Assembly (NCBI GenBank): GCA_963842525.1
Contig: CAWJGT010000030.1
Span: 1 to 64,000 of the forward strand
Source: an uncultured Holophagales bacterium
GTDB lineage: Bacteria; Acidobacteriota; Thermoanaerobaculia; Multivoradales; UBA5704
Direction: 5' to 3'
Length of the DNA stretch: 64,000 nucleotides
A program made the position numbers and the translations under genes. Shown in pieces: positions 20,746 through 33,784 of this stretch. Numbering within the stretch: position 1 is the first letter of the stretch; each line of letters opens with the position of its first letter. Under the pieces are notes generated by a model. The model was not told where the DNA came from. It ran no database searches and saw nothing but the letters and a program-made list of their open reading frames with translations.

Positions 20746-23700
20746 GTGGCACCTCGCTTCGCATCCTCCGCTCTGCACCTGCCGCTGTCGCCCGGCCAGC
20801 GAGGTCTCTGGTTCCTGCACCGCCTGCATCCGGACAGCTCGGCCTACCACTTGGCCCTGGCGTCGCGGATCCGCAGCACGATGCCGGCGGAGGCGATCCG
20901 GGATCTGTTCCAGGCCCAGATCGACCGCCACGAGGCCCTGCGCACCACATTCCCTCTCCAAGGCGACGAGCCGGTCCAGCGTGTCGCCGACCGGGCGGAT
21001 CTGGCGTTCGAGGAGATCGACGCCACCGGAGGGGACGAGGACGCATTCCGGGGTCGTCTGGAAGAGGAGGCCTGGAAGCCGTTCGATCTGGAGCGCGGGC
21101 CGCTGTTCCGGGTCCAGGTCTTTCACCGGACCGGCGAGCGGGTGCTGCTGGTCGTGGTGCACCACATCGTGGTGGATTTCGGGTCGTTTGCCGGCATGCT
21201 GAGCAGCCCTCTCCCCCTGGCCCCCTCTCCCGCGAGAGCGGGAGAGGGGGAACGCCTCCAGTACCGGGATTTCCTGCGCTGGCAGGCCGAGATGTTGGAA
21301 GGGGCGGAAGGGGAGGCGCTGTGGTCGTTCTGGCGGCAACGGCTGGCGGGGCTGCCGGTGTTGGATCTGCCAACGGACCGGCCGCGGCGCACGGGTGTTC
21401 CCAAGCGGGGCGGTTGCCGTTGGCGCGAGATCGGCCCGGAGGTGGTCCGGCCGCTCAAGGCGCTGGCGCGTTCCCAGGGAGGGACGCTCTATGTGGCGCT
21501 CATGGCGGGGTTCCAGGCTCTGCTCTCTCGCTACACAGGGCAGGCCGACTTCGCGGTGGGATCTCCCGCGGCCGGCAGGCCGAAAGGCTTTGCCCGGGCG
21601 ATGGGCTACTTTACGAATCCGCTCGCCGTTCGGGCGGACCTCTCCGGCGATCCGTCGTTTGTGGAGCTTCTCGGCCGGGTCCGCGCACGGGTGTCCGGGG
21701 CCCTGGATCATCAGCATCTGCCGCTGCCGGTCATCGTCGAGCGGCGCGGGGAGGGGGCCCCGTTCAGGACGCTCTTCGTATTTCACCGTGACCCTTCGGG
21801 TCTGGAGGGAATGGTGGGCTTCGCTATGGGCGAAGGAGGCGGCCTGCTGCGCTGGGGTGATCTGGAGCTGGAGCCGCTGGCGCTGCCGCCGCGGGCGGCA
21901 CAGTTCGATGTGACTCTGGCGGCCGGGGAGAGACGGGGTGTCCTGCGTCTCCAACTCGTGTACGACGCTGACCTGTTTGAGGCTTCGACCGCGGCTCGGT
22001 GGCTGGAGCACCTCGCGGTGCTGCTCGAAGGAGCGGCAGCCCATCCGGAGACGGCGGTCGGAGAGCTGCCGCTGTTGACCTCGTGGGAGCGGCAGCAGGT
22101 GCTGGTGGAGGTCAATGACGCGGGGGTCCAGCCTCCCTGGAGCCGCCTGGAGGAGGGATTCGAACGGCAGGCGGAGAGGACGCCGGAAGCGGTCGCGGTC
22201 ATCGACGGCGAGAGGCGGATCACCTACCGCGAGCTGAGGGATCGCGCCACCGCCTTGGCTGATCACCTCAGCCTTCTGGCCGGCCAGGTGGTGGGGGTAC
22301 GGATGCCCCGGACCGCCGAGATGGTGGCGGCGTTGCTGGGAGTCCTGAAAGCCGGCGCCACCTACCTGCCGCTCGATCCGTCCTATCCCGAGGAACGGAT
22401 CAACTTTCTCCTGGAGGATGCAGGGGCATCCTATACCCTGCAGAGCGCCAACGACGTTCCCCCTCTCCCGGTGGAGGGGGGGCGATGGGAGAGGGGGCCA
22501 GGGGGTGAGGTCGCCTACCTCATCTACACCTCAGGCTCCACCGGACGCCCCAAAGGCGTGGCCATCGAGCACTCCAGCGCCGTCCGCCTCGTCGCCTGGG
22601 CTGGAAAGACCTACTCACCCGAGGAGCTCTCCGGCGTCCTGGCCTCGACCTCGATCAACTTTGACCTCTCGATCTTCGAGATCTTCGTCCCCCTCTCCTT
22701 CGGCGGGACGGTGATCCTGGCCGACAATGCCCTGGCTCTGCCCACCCTCCCTGCCGCCGGGGAGGTGACCCTGATCAACACGGTGCCTTCCGCCATGGCG
22801 GCCCTGCTGGACCTGGGGCCGCTTCCGCCGCAGGTGCGGACGGTCAACCTGGCGGGCGAGCCGCTGCGGCGCTCGCTGGCCGAACGGGTTTACGCTGCCG
22901 GGGTCGAGAAGCTGTGGAATCTCTATGGTCCTTCGGAGGACACGACGTATTCGACTGGCTCTGTGGTCGAGCGGGGCCGGGGACCTCACCCCCTGTCCCC
23001 CTCTCCCATCTCCCTTCCACCCCCCGCCGGGAGAGGGGGGACGCATGCGGAGCCGTTTCGCGAGCTCGCCACGGAGGCATCAACAACGTCCCCCCTCTCC
23101 CGGGGCTGGGTGGGTGGGAGATGGGAGAGGAGGACAGGGGGTGAGGACCCACGGCCGGAGCCCGCAATCGGCTGGCCGGTGGCGGGCTCGCGGGCCTACG
23201 TCGTCGATGCTGCGCTCCAGCCCTTGCCGATCGGCGTCCCTGGGGAGCTGTGCCTGGGTGGGGGCGGGCTGGCCCGAGGGTACCTGGGCCGGCCGGATCT
23301 GACGGCCGAACGGTTCGTGCCTGATCCGTTCTCCGGCGGAAGGCTCTATCGGACGGGCGACCTGGCCCGTCGGCGGCCGGACGGGAGCCTCGAGTACCTG
23401 GGACGTCTGGACCACCAGGTCAAGATCCGCGGCTTCCGGATCGAGCCGGGCGAGATCGAGGCGGTCCTGCTTTCCCACCTCGGGGTGCGCGAGGCGGTCG
23501 TCGTGGCGCGGGAGGGAGCGCTCGTGGCCTACGTCTCGCTGACCTCGGAGACTCCAGAGGCAGAGTTGGCGGCCTACCTGCGCTCCCGCCTGCCGGCTCC
23601 CTTCGTGCCCTCGGCCTTCGTGGTGCTGCCGGCTCTGCCTCTCACGCCCAACGGCAAGGTGGACCGCAAGGCCCTGCCAGCTCCGGAGCGGATCGGGCCA

Positions 23701-26700
23701 GAGACCTTCGAGGAGCCGGCCGGCCCCATCGAAGAGGCGCTCGCCGGGATCTGGGCCGAGGTCCTGGGCTGTGAGCGGGTCGGCCGGCACGAGAGCTTCT
23801 TCGAGCTGGGGGGGCATTCGCTCCTGGCCACTCGGGTGCTGGTCCGGATCTCGCGGCAGCTCGGCACGGATCTCCCGATGGGCATGCTCTTCGAGGCGCC
23901 GACCGTGGCGGCTCTGGCCGGCAGGATCTCAGCCGCGGGTGGAGAGGCGCCCCCGCCGTTGTTTCCGGTGCTCCTCCCCCACGAGGGACGGGAGGACCTG
24001 CCGCTCTCCTTCGCCCAGCAGCGGCTCTGGTTCCTCCACCAGCTCCAGCCGGGCTCCGTGGCCTACAACCTTCCGGGTGTCGTGCTCCTCGCGGGGCGGC
24101 TGGACGTGGCGGCGCTCGCGGCGGCCCTCGGGATGATTCAGCGGCGCCACGAGGCGCTGCGAACGGTCTTTCCCATGCGGGAGGGCGAGCCGGTGCAGGC
24201 CGTTCTGCCTCCCGCTCCGGTCCCCATGCCGGTGATCGATCTCGCCGGGATACCGCCTGGGGTGCGCCGGAGCGAGGCAGAGCGGCTGGCGAACGAGGAG
24301 GCGCGGACGCCCTTCGACCTCGCCTGCGGTCCGGTCTGGCGAGTCCGCCTCCTCCGTCTTCAGGAGGCCGAGCACCTGCTGATCGCCAACCTCCACCACA
24401 TCGCCGCGGACGGTTGGTCGCTCGGGTCGTTCCTGCGCGAGGTCGCGGCCCTCTACGCGGGCTCGGCGCTGCCGGATCTCCCGGTCCAGTACGCCGACTA
24501 TGCGATCTGGCAGCGCGGCTGGATGCGGGGGGAGGTGCTCGACCGTCAGCTCGGCTGGTGGCGGGAGCGGCTCACGGACCTGCCGGTCCTCGAGCTGCCT
24601 GCGGATCGGACGCGCCCGGCCGTGCGCGATCCTCGGGGCGGCGTCCGCGTTCTCGGGCTCGACCCGGGGCTGGCCGGCGAGGTGGAGCGGCTCGCCCGGG
24701 GCGAAGGGATGACCCTGTTCATGGCCCTTCTCGCCGCCTTCCAGGTCCTGCTCGCCCGGTACACCGGGGAGGAGGCGATCGCAGTCGGCTCGCCCGTTGC
24801 CAACCGGCGGCTGCTCGAGGTCGAGCCCCTGATCGGGTTCTTCGTCAATACCCTCGTGCTCGCCGTCCAGGTCGGGGATGACCCGCCGTTCCGGGAGCTT
24901 CCTGGGGCGGGTCCGCGCAACGTGCCTGGGGGCCTATGCACACCAGGACCTCCCGTTCGACCGCCTGGTGGAGGAGTTGCAGCCGGACCGGGACCTGTTC
25001 CAGAACCCGCTGTTCCAGGTGGCGTTCCAGGTCGAGGAGGCGTTGCCGCTCGTACGGTCCGGGGACCTGTCCCTGGAGGTGCGTCCGGTCGAGAACGGGA
25101 CCTCCAAGCTCGACCTCACCTTGTCCATCCTGTTCCTGCCGGCAGGGGGATGGCTCGCACGGGCCGAGCACGCATCCGTCTTCGAGCCCTCCACCATCGA
25201 CCGCCTGCTCGGTCACTGGCGGAACCTCCTCGCCGGCGCCACGGCCGATCCGGCAGCGCGCCTCTCCGACCTGCCCCTTCTGGCGGACGCCGAACGGGTC
25301 CAGCTCCTGGGCTCGGCGGGAGCGGAGAGGGTGACAGCGGAGGAGCGCTGCCTGCACCATCTGGTCGAGGAGCGGGCACGGCTCTCCCCGGAAGCGCTCG
25401 CGGTCGTCCTGGACGGTGAGGAGATCGCCTATGGAGATCTCGACGTCCGTGCCAACCGCCTGGCCCGCCACCTGCTCGATCTGGGTCTGCGTCCTGAGGC
25501 GCCGGTTGCCGTGCTCCTCGGCCGCTCGCCCGACCTGGTGGTGGCGCTGCTGGCCGTGCTCAAGGCCGGCGGAGCCTATCTGCCGCTCGATCCGTCCTGG
25601 CCCCCGGCACGGCACGAGCTCCTGTTGACCGACTCGAAGGCAGCCGTCCTGGTGAGCCGCGCAGCTCTGGCCGGGACTCTCGGTACGGGCGGCATGGGCG
25701 GTACGGGCGCGCTGGCCAGGGTCCTGCTCGACGTCGATGCCCAGGCGATCGCTGGGCGGAGCGCCAGGGCTCCGGGAGTCAGGATCGATTCACGACACCT
25801 GGCCTATCTCATCTACACCTCGGGCTCGACCGGCCGGCCCAAACCGGTGGGTGTCGAGCACGCCGCGGCGGCGGAGCACTGCGCAGCGATCCAGGGGGCC
25901 TATGGTCTGGGCCCCGGCGACCGGGTCCTCGCTTTCGCCTCGCCCGCCTTCGACGCTTCGCTGGAGCAGATCCTGCCAAGCCTCGCGGCGGGCGCCACCG
26001 TGGTGCTGCGGGGTGAAGGAGTCTGGGAGATCCACGGCCTGGGGCGCCGGATCGCCGAGCTGCGGCTCTCCGTGGTCAACCTGCCCATGGCCTATTGGGT
26101 GCTCTGGGTGCGCGAGGGAGAGGATCTCGGGGTGGTGGGCTCCGCGCTCCGCCTCGTCATCGCCGGCGCGGAGGAGATGCCGGCCGAAGCGGTCCAGCTC
26201 TGGCGCAGATCGCCGCTGGGCGGCATCCGCCTGCTCAACGCCTACGGTCCCACCGAAGCCGTGATCACCGCGACCCTGCACGAGGCGGGGAGGGAGGAGG
26301 ACGGCGTGACAGCGCCGGTCGCCCTGATCGCCTCGATTGGCCGGCCGCTCCCCGGGCGGTCCGCATACATCCTCGACGCCCGGGGTGGCCTGCTCCCTGC
26401 GGGTGTGCCCGGCGAGCTGGCGCTCGGCGGGCTTCTGGCGCGAGGCTATCCGGGCTCGCCGGACCGGACCGCGGAGCGCTTCGTGCCCGACCCGTTCGGC
26501 TCGTTCACCACGGCGCCCGGAGCCCGCCTGTACCGCACCGGCGACCTGGTGCGGCGGCGTGCGGACGGTGACATCGACTTCCTCGGGCGGATCGACCGGC
26601 AGGTCAAGATCCGTGGCTTCCGGGTCGAGCCCGGGGAGATCGAAGCCGTGCTCGCGCGGCACCCGGGGGTGGCCCAGGCGGCTGTGCTGGTGCAAGGCCG

Positions 26701-29700
26701 GAGAGACGGAGACCGGCGGCTGGTCGCCTTCGTGGTCTCTGCCAACGGCGGCGGCCTCTCCCTGCCCGAGCTGCGCGACTGGCTGGGAGAGCGCCTGCCG
26801 TCCTTTTTCGTCCCCCTGCTCGTGACGGCCGCCGAGCTGCCGCTCACCGCGAACGGCAAGGTGGACCGCGCTGCGCTGGCCCGCCGGCTCCCGGAGCTGG
26901 AGAGCGGCCTCCAGCCGGATGCCGGGTATGCCGCGCCGCGGACGCCGGCCGAGGAGCTGCTGGCGGGGATCTGGGCCGAGGTCCTCGGTCGTGAGCGCAT
27001 CGGCGTCGACGACGATTTTTTCGATCTGGGCGGTCATTCGCTGCTCGCCACCCGGCTGGTGTCTCGCATCTCCCGTGCGTTCGGGATCGAGCTGCCGGTG
27101 TCCGCGGTCTTCCGGGCTCCAACCGTGGCGGCCTTGGCCGCGGAGGTCGGCGCGGCGGCGGACGGCTGGAAGGCCCCTCCGCTCCGGCAGGTCCTTCGGC
27201 CTTACGAGGACGGGGAGGACCTGCCGCTCTCTTTCGCCCAGGAGAGACTCTGGTTCCTGGATCGGCTGGAGCCCGGCTCGGCCGCTTACAACCTGCCGGT
27301 GGCGGTCCGGCTGCGCGGGGATCTCGACGTCCCGGCCCTGGAGAGGAGCCTGGGCGAGATCCTTCGCCGGCACGAGGCGCTGCGCACCACCTTTCAGGAG
27401 CTCCCAGGAGGCCCCATCCAGGTGGTCGCCCCTCCCGCGCCGTTCCAGCTGCCGATCGAGGAGGCCGGAGCCGGAGCGCTCCGCAGGATGGAGGAAGAGT
27501 CCCGGCGGCCTTTCGATCTGGAGAGGGGGCCGCTCTTCCGCGCGATGCTCTTCCGGCTGGCTTCCGGGGACCACCTGCTCCTGGTCAACCTCCACCACAT
27601 CGCCAGCGACGGCTGGTCCCTGGGCATCGTCGTCCGCGAGCTGGCGGCGCTCTACGGCGCCTTCAAAGAGAGCCGGCCTTCGCCCCTGCAGGAGCTGCCG
27701 GTCCAGTACGCCGACTATGCCCACTGGCAGCGGAGCTGGCTTTCCGGCGAGGTTCTCGACTCCGAGCTGGCCTGGTGGCGTGAGGCCCTGGCGGGCCTGC
27801 CCGAACGGCTCGATCTACCCACCGATTATCCGCGCCATGCGCGCCGGCGCGGGACGGAGAACCGCCGTGGAGCCAGACGGCCGGTGCGGCTCGGCAGCGA
27901 CCTCACGCGGCGGATCACCGACCTGTCCCGCCGCGAGGGGGCCACGCCGTTCATGGTGGTCCTTGCCGGCTTCCAGGCCCTCCTGGGCCGCTGGGCCGGT
28001 CAGGAGGACCTGGCCGTGGGCAGCCCGATCGCCGGCCGGACGCGGGTGGAGGTGGAAGATCTGATCGGGTTCTTCGTCAACACGCTGGTTCTGCGGGGGG
28101 ATCTCCGGAGCGATCCCATGGTCCGCGAGCTTCTCGCCCGGACGCGGCGGACGGTGCTGGCCGCCCACGAGCACCAGCATCTCCCGTTCGAACGGCTGGT
28201 GGAGGAGCTGGCGCCGGCACGGGACCTGGGGCGGACCCCTCTGTTCGAGGCGATGCTGGCCTTCCAGACCGCCTCGCCCGGGGCACCCGTGCTGCCGGGT
28301 CTGGAGGCCGAGGTCGTGCCGGTCGAAACCGGGACTGCGAAATTCGACCTCCTCCTGGACCTGACCGAGCACGACGGCGAGCTGATGGGCTGGCTGGAGC
28401 ACGACGCCGATCTGTTCGACGCGCCGACCCTCGACCGCCTCCTGGGGCACTTTGAGGCCTTACTGTCCGGCATGACGGCCGGTCCTGGGGAGAAGGTCTT
28501 CGATCTGCCGATGCTGTCCGTAGCGGAGCGGCACCAGCTCCTCGAGTGGAATGCGAGCGCAGTCGCTTGGCCCGTGGAGGCTTCGATCCCCGCCCTGTTC
28601 CTGGAGCAGGTGGACCGGACGCCCCAGCGGGAGGCCGTGCGCTTTGACGGCGAGAGCCTGACCTATCGCGAGCTCGACGAGAGGTCGGGCCGGCTCGCCC
28701 GTCACCTGCGCCGTCTCGGCGTCGGGCCGGAGAGGGTGGTGGGGATCGCCCTGGAGCGCTCCCTGGAGCTGATCGTCGCGCTCTACGCCACGCTCAAGGC
28801 GGGCGGCGCCTACCTGCCGCTCGACCTCTCCCATCCCGACGAGAGACTGGCCTTCCTCTTGGCCGAGGCCGGCGCCCCGGTGGTCCTGACGCTCGCAGAG
28901 CACGCGCCGCGCTTCGCCGGCTCCCGGGCCGCGGTCGTCCATCTCGACGCCGAGGACCCCTCACCCCCCTGGCCCCCCTCTCCCATCCGCCCTCCCGACC
29001 TCCCGGGAGAGGGGGGAAGAGGCACTGCCAGGGAGCTTTTGAGTGGGGGCTCCCCTCTCCCGGAGGTCGGGAGGGCGGATGGGAGAGGGGCCGGGGGTGA
29101 GGGGCCCAGGCTCGCGCAGGGTCTTCGCGACACCCCTCTGGAGATCCGGGGCGATCATCTCGCCTACGTCATCTTCACCTCAGGCTCGACCGGGGCTCCC
29201 AAAGGAGCGATGAACACCCACGCGGCGATCGCCAACCGGCTGCTCTGGATGCAGAAGGCCTACCGGTTGGAGGCTTCGGACAGGGTCCTGCAGAAGACGC
29301 CGTCCACCTTCGACGTTTCGGTCTGGGAATTTTTCTGGCCCCTGATCGCCGGTGCGACCCTGGTGGTCGCCCGGCCGGAGGGGCACCGCGATCCTTCCTA
29401 CCTGTTGCGGACGATCCGCGACGAGGCGATCACGGTCCTCCATTTCGTGCCTTCCATGTTGCAGGTCTTTCTCGACGAGCCGGGGGTGGAAGAGCGGGCT
29501 GGCGTCCTGCGGCAGGTGATGGCGAGCGGCGAGGCGCTCCCGGCCGACCTCGCACGCCGTTTCGGAGAGCGCCTGCCGGGGGTGCGGCTGCATAACCTCT
29601 ATGGACCGACCGAGGCGGCCGTGGACGTCACCGCCTGGACAGTCGAGACCGGGCAGATGGAGCCGTCGGTCTCGCTCGGCCGGCCGATCGCGAACCTCGA

Positions 29701-32700
29701 GATCCACATCCTGGACCGCTCCTTCCAGCAAGCGCCGATCGGCGTGGCCGGGGAGCTGTGCATCGGCGGCGCCGGGCTCGCCCGCGGCTATCTCGGCCGT
29801 CCGGAGCTGACCGCGGAGCGCTTCGTCCCTGCTCCGCACACGGTTCCTGGTGCACGGCTGTACCGCACCGGCGACCTGTCCTGTTTCCGTCCCGATGGCC
29901 GGATCGAGTACCTGGGACGGATCGATCACCAGGTCAAGATCCGGGGGCTCCGTATCGAGCCGGGCGAGATCGAGGCCGCGCTCCTCGGCCATCCCGCCGT
30001 CAAGGAAGCCGTGGTGGTGGTCCGCGAGGATCGGCCCGGGGACCGACGCCTCGTGGCCTATCTCGTGCCTGGGGATGGGGCCCTGCGGATCGAGGATCTG
30101 CGGACCTCCCTCCGCGAGCGGCTCCCTGAATACATGGTGCCGTCGGCTGTCGTGGTCCTGGAGGCCTTGCCACTGAGCGCGAACGGCAAGCTCGACCGCC
30201 GGGCCTTGCCGGCTTCGGAGGGGGGAGCACGGGCCGTCCGCGTCCCGCCGCGGACCGAAATCGAGCAGGCCCTCGCCGGCTCCTGGCGCGAGGTGCTCGG
30301 CCTGGAAGAGCTCGGGGTCGAGGAGAGCTTCTTCGAGCTGGGCGGCCACTCCCTGCTGGCGACCCGCGTCGTCGCCCGGATCCGCAACGACCTCGGCCTC
30401 GAGGTCCCCGTGCGCGCGCTCTTCGAGGCACCCACGATCGCCAGGCTGGCCCAATGGATCTCACGCCAGGCACGCGACGTGGAAGCTCCGCCCCTCAGGG
30501 CCGCTCCACACGTGCGGCCGGCGCCGCTCTCCTTCGCGCAGCAGCGGCTCTGGTTCCTCTCCCAGCTCGATCCTTCTTCGGCGGTGTACAACCTCCCGGT
30601 CGCTGTGCGGCTGCGGGGCCGGCTCGACACATGGGCTCTGGAGCAGAGCCTGGCCGCAATCGTCCGCCGGCACGAGGCGCTGCGGACTACCTTCCAGGTC
30701 GTCGGAAGCGAGCCGGCCCAGGTCGTCGGCGAGCCCTGGGGCTTCGCGCTCCCGCAGGTCGATCTTCGGTGCCTGGGGCTGCGCGCCGAGGCCGAGACGG
30801 TCCGGCTTACCGGCGAGGACGCCTTCCGGCCCTTCGACCTCCAGCAGGGGCCGGTCCTCCGGGCGCTCCTGTTGCGCCTCGGCGAGGAAGAGCACCGGCT
30901 GGTCGTGACCCAGCACCACATCGCCAGCGACGGCTGGTCCCTGGGTATCTTCATCCGCGAGCTCACCGCTCTCTATCAGTCATCCCCCCTGCAAGAGATG
31001 CCCGTCCAGTATGCCGACTTCGCCGTCTGGCAGCGGCGATGGCTCTCCGGCCCGGCGCTCGAACGGGAGCTGGCCTTCTGGAGGGAGCAGCTCCACGGTT
31101 TGCCGCCCGGGCTGGAGCTGGCGACAGACCGCCCACGGCCACCGGTTCAAACCTTCCGCGGAGCCAGCCGGTCGCTGTCCCTCGGGCCGGATCTCACCCT
31201 GGACCTCCAGGCGTTCGCTCGCGAGGCGGAATCGACTCTCTTCATGGTCCTGATGGCGGCGTTCCAGGCCCTTCTCGCCCGCTGGTCGGGCCAGGATGAC
31301 CTCGCGGTCGGCACCCCGGTCGCGGGGCGCACGCGCGTCGAGCTGGAAGGTTTGATCGGGTTCTTCGTGAACACCCTGGTGCTGCGCGGTGACCTCGGCG
31401 GCGATCCCGGTTTCAGCGCTCTCCTGATCCGCCTTCGGGAACGTTTTCTGGCCGCGCAGGCGCACCAGGACCTCCCCTTCGAGCGTCTGGTGGAGGAGCT
31501 CAAACCGGAACGCAACCTCTCCCGTCCGCCGCTTTTCCAGGTGCTCCTGGTCCTGCAAAACACCCCCAGGGAGCCGCTGGCCCTTCCGGGCCTGGAGGTG
31601 CTTCCGCTGGCTGTCGAGACCGGGACGGCCAAGTTCGAGCTGCAGCTCACGCTGATCGAGGAGGACGACGGGATTTCGGCCGCCCTCGACTACAACCGCG
31701 ACCTGTTTGACGCTACGACCGCCGGCCGCCTCCTGGGCCAGTACGCGGCGTTGCTCTCCGCCGTCGTCGCCGAGCCGGACCTGCGGCTCGCGGACATGGA
31801 CGTCCTGCTCCCGGCCGAGAGGCACGCGATCCTCGTCGAATACAACGCCGGGGCGTCCTGTCAGGCCGACCTTCCCATCCATGCGCTCTTCGGGGAGCAG
31901 GCAATGCTCCGGCCTGAGGCCCCGGCCGTGATTTGCGATGGCGACCGGCTCACGTACGGCGATCTTGACCGGCGGTCGCGGGCCCTGGCGCGGCGCCTGC
32001 GACGCCTCGGTGTCGGCCCCGAGGAGCGGGTGGCGATCTGCCTCGACCGCTCGGTCGGCATGCTGGTGGCGATCGTGGCAACGCTCCGCGCCGGGGGCGC
32101 CTACGTCCCGCTCGACCCCGAGCATCCGGCCGAGCGCCAGATCCTCATCCTGGAGGACGCGAGGCCCCGGGTCCTGATCACAAGCCCGGACCTCGCCGAG
32201 CGCCTGCCTGTGCCACCGGGCCTGCCCGTCGTCTTTCTGCCTGCCGAGGGAGACGACGAGGCCGGGGATGACCTGCCGCCGGTCGAGGTCCTGCCATCCA
32301 ACGCGGCCTATGTCATCTACACATCCGGCTCCACGGGCCGGCCGAAGGGGGTTGTGGTGACCCACGCCGAATTGGTCCGCCTGTTCACGGCGACCCGGCC
32401 CTGGTTCGGCTTCGGGCCGGACGACGTCTGGACCGCCTTCTTCTCCTTCGCCTTCGACTTCTCGGTCTGGGAGACCTGGGGAGCGCTCGCGCATGGCGGC
32501 TGCCTGGTCGTCGTGCCCCACTGGGTCAGCCGCTCGCCGGAGGCCTTCCTCGATCTCCTCGCCGAAGAGCGGGTGACCGTGCTCAACCAGACTCCCACGG
32601 CGTTCCGCCAGCTCGTGCAGGCCGACGAAGATCGACCACGGGAGCTGGCGCTCCGCCATGTCATCTTCGGCGGCGAGGCCCTGGATCCAGCGATCCTCAC

Positions 32701-33730
32701 CCCTTGGATCTCTCAGCGCGGGGACCGCCTGCCGCACCTGACCAACATGTACGGCATCACCGAGACGACGGTACACGCCACCTACCGTCCGATCGGAGCG
32801 ACCGACGTGGCGCTCGCGCCTGCGAGCCCGATCGGCGTGCCACTCCCCGACCTCCAGGTCTACGTGCTCGACCGTTGGCTCCAGCCGGTCCCGGAGTCCG
32901 TGCCGGGCGAGATCTGCGTCGGCGGCGGCGGCCTCGCCCGCGGCTATCTGGGGCAGCCGGACCTGACGGCGCAGCGCTTCGTCCCCGACCCGTTCAGCGG
33001 CCGGCCGGGGGCCCGCCTCTACCGCTCGGGCGACCTCGCCCGCCACCTTGCGCACGGCGACGTCGAATACCTCGGGCGGATCGATTTCCAGTTGAAGATC
33101 CGCGGCTTCCGCATCGAGCTGGGGGAGATCGAGGCCGTCCTCGCCGCCCAGCCGGCGGTGCGCGACGCCGTCGTCCTGGCGCGGGAGGACCGGCCGGGCG
33201 ACCGCCGCTTGGTGGCCTATCTGGTGCTCCAGGACGGCGACCTGCGGATCGAGGAGCTGCGCAGCTCTCTCCGCGAGCGTCTCCCCGAGCACATGGTTCC
33301 CGCGGCCTTCGTGGTCCTGGACGCCCTGCCGCTGACCGCCAACGGCAAGCTCGACCGCCGGGCCCTGCCGGCTCCCGACAAGGGAGCACGGGCCGCGAGC
33401 GTCCCGCCGCGCACCGAGACCGAGCAGGCCATCGCCGGAGCCTGGAGGGAGGCGCTCGGCTTGGAGTCTGTCGGAGTGGACGACAACTTCTTCGACCTGG
33501 GAGGTCACTCGCTGCTGGTCGTCCAGGTCCACCGCCAGCTCGCCCCGCGCTTCCCCGATCTCGCCGTGGTGGACCTCTTCCGCTATCCCACTATCTCCGC
33601 CCTCGCGCAGTTCCTCGCCCGCGAAAAGGTGGAGCAGGTCTCCCTCGAAGAGAGCCGCGAAAGAGCCGAGAGCCGCACCGACCGCTCCCGCCGCCAGCGC
33701 GAGTTGCGCCGGCAGGTGCGGCCGCGGTAG
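20746..33730 (+). CDS. Non-ribosomal peptide synthetase, four C-A-T modules, no TE; one frameshift near 24900
   Basis: C motifs HHIVVDF, HHIAADG, HHIASDG (x2). Four A domains (YTSGSTG/FTSGSTG, YGPxE/YGITE, YRT/SGD, NGK). Four GGHSL carriers. ORFs 20746-25419 and 24878-33730 join in the second C domain. Confidence 0.93.
21207..21254. repeat. Single hairpin of the palindromic element, in frame in NRPS C1
   Basis: ccctctccccctggccccctctcccgcgagagcgggagagggggaacg encodes PLPLAPSPARAGEGER. Confidence 0.75.
22448..22512. repeat. Half element (subtype C right arm), in frame in NRPS A1
   Basis: Nearly identical to 15988-16053. Encodes NDVPPLPVEGGRWERGPGGEV directly before AYLIYTSGSTG. Confidence 0.9.
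22984..23146. repeat. Full element (subtype A, inverted), in frame in NRPS A1
   Basis: Two arms plus a spacer matching that of 392-564. Adds about 54 aa between YGPSEDTTYST and AIGWP. Confidence 0.92.
28957..29104. repeat. Full element (subtype B, inverted), in frame in NRPS A3
   Basis: Two arms plus spacer and flank matching 10610-10775. Adds about 50 aa before HLAYVIFTSGSTG. Confidence 0.92.
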
Positions 33731-33784
33731 TTGGTGAAACGGCTGGACGGGCTGTGCCATGATGCTGGAGTGAAAGAGAGCACG

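Noticed and set aside
24880-24910. Programmed frameshift or genuine two-gene split of the NRPS
   Set aside because: The break is mid C domain with no slippery heptamer or RBS. A sequencing indel is more likely.
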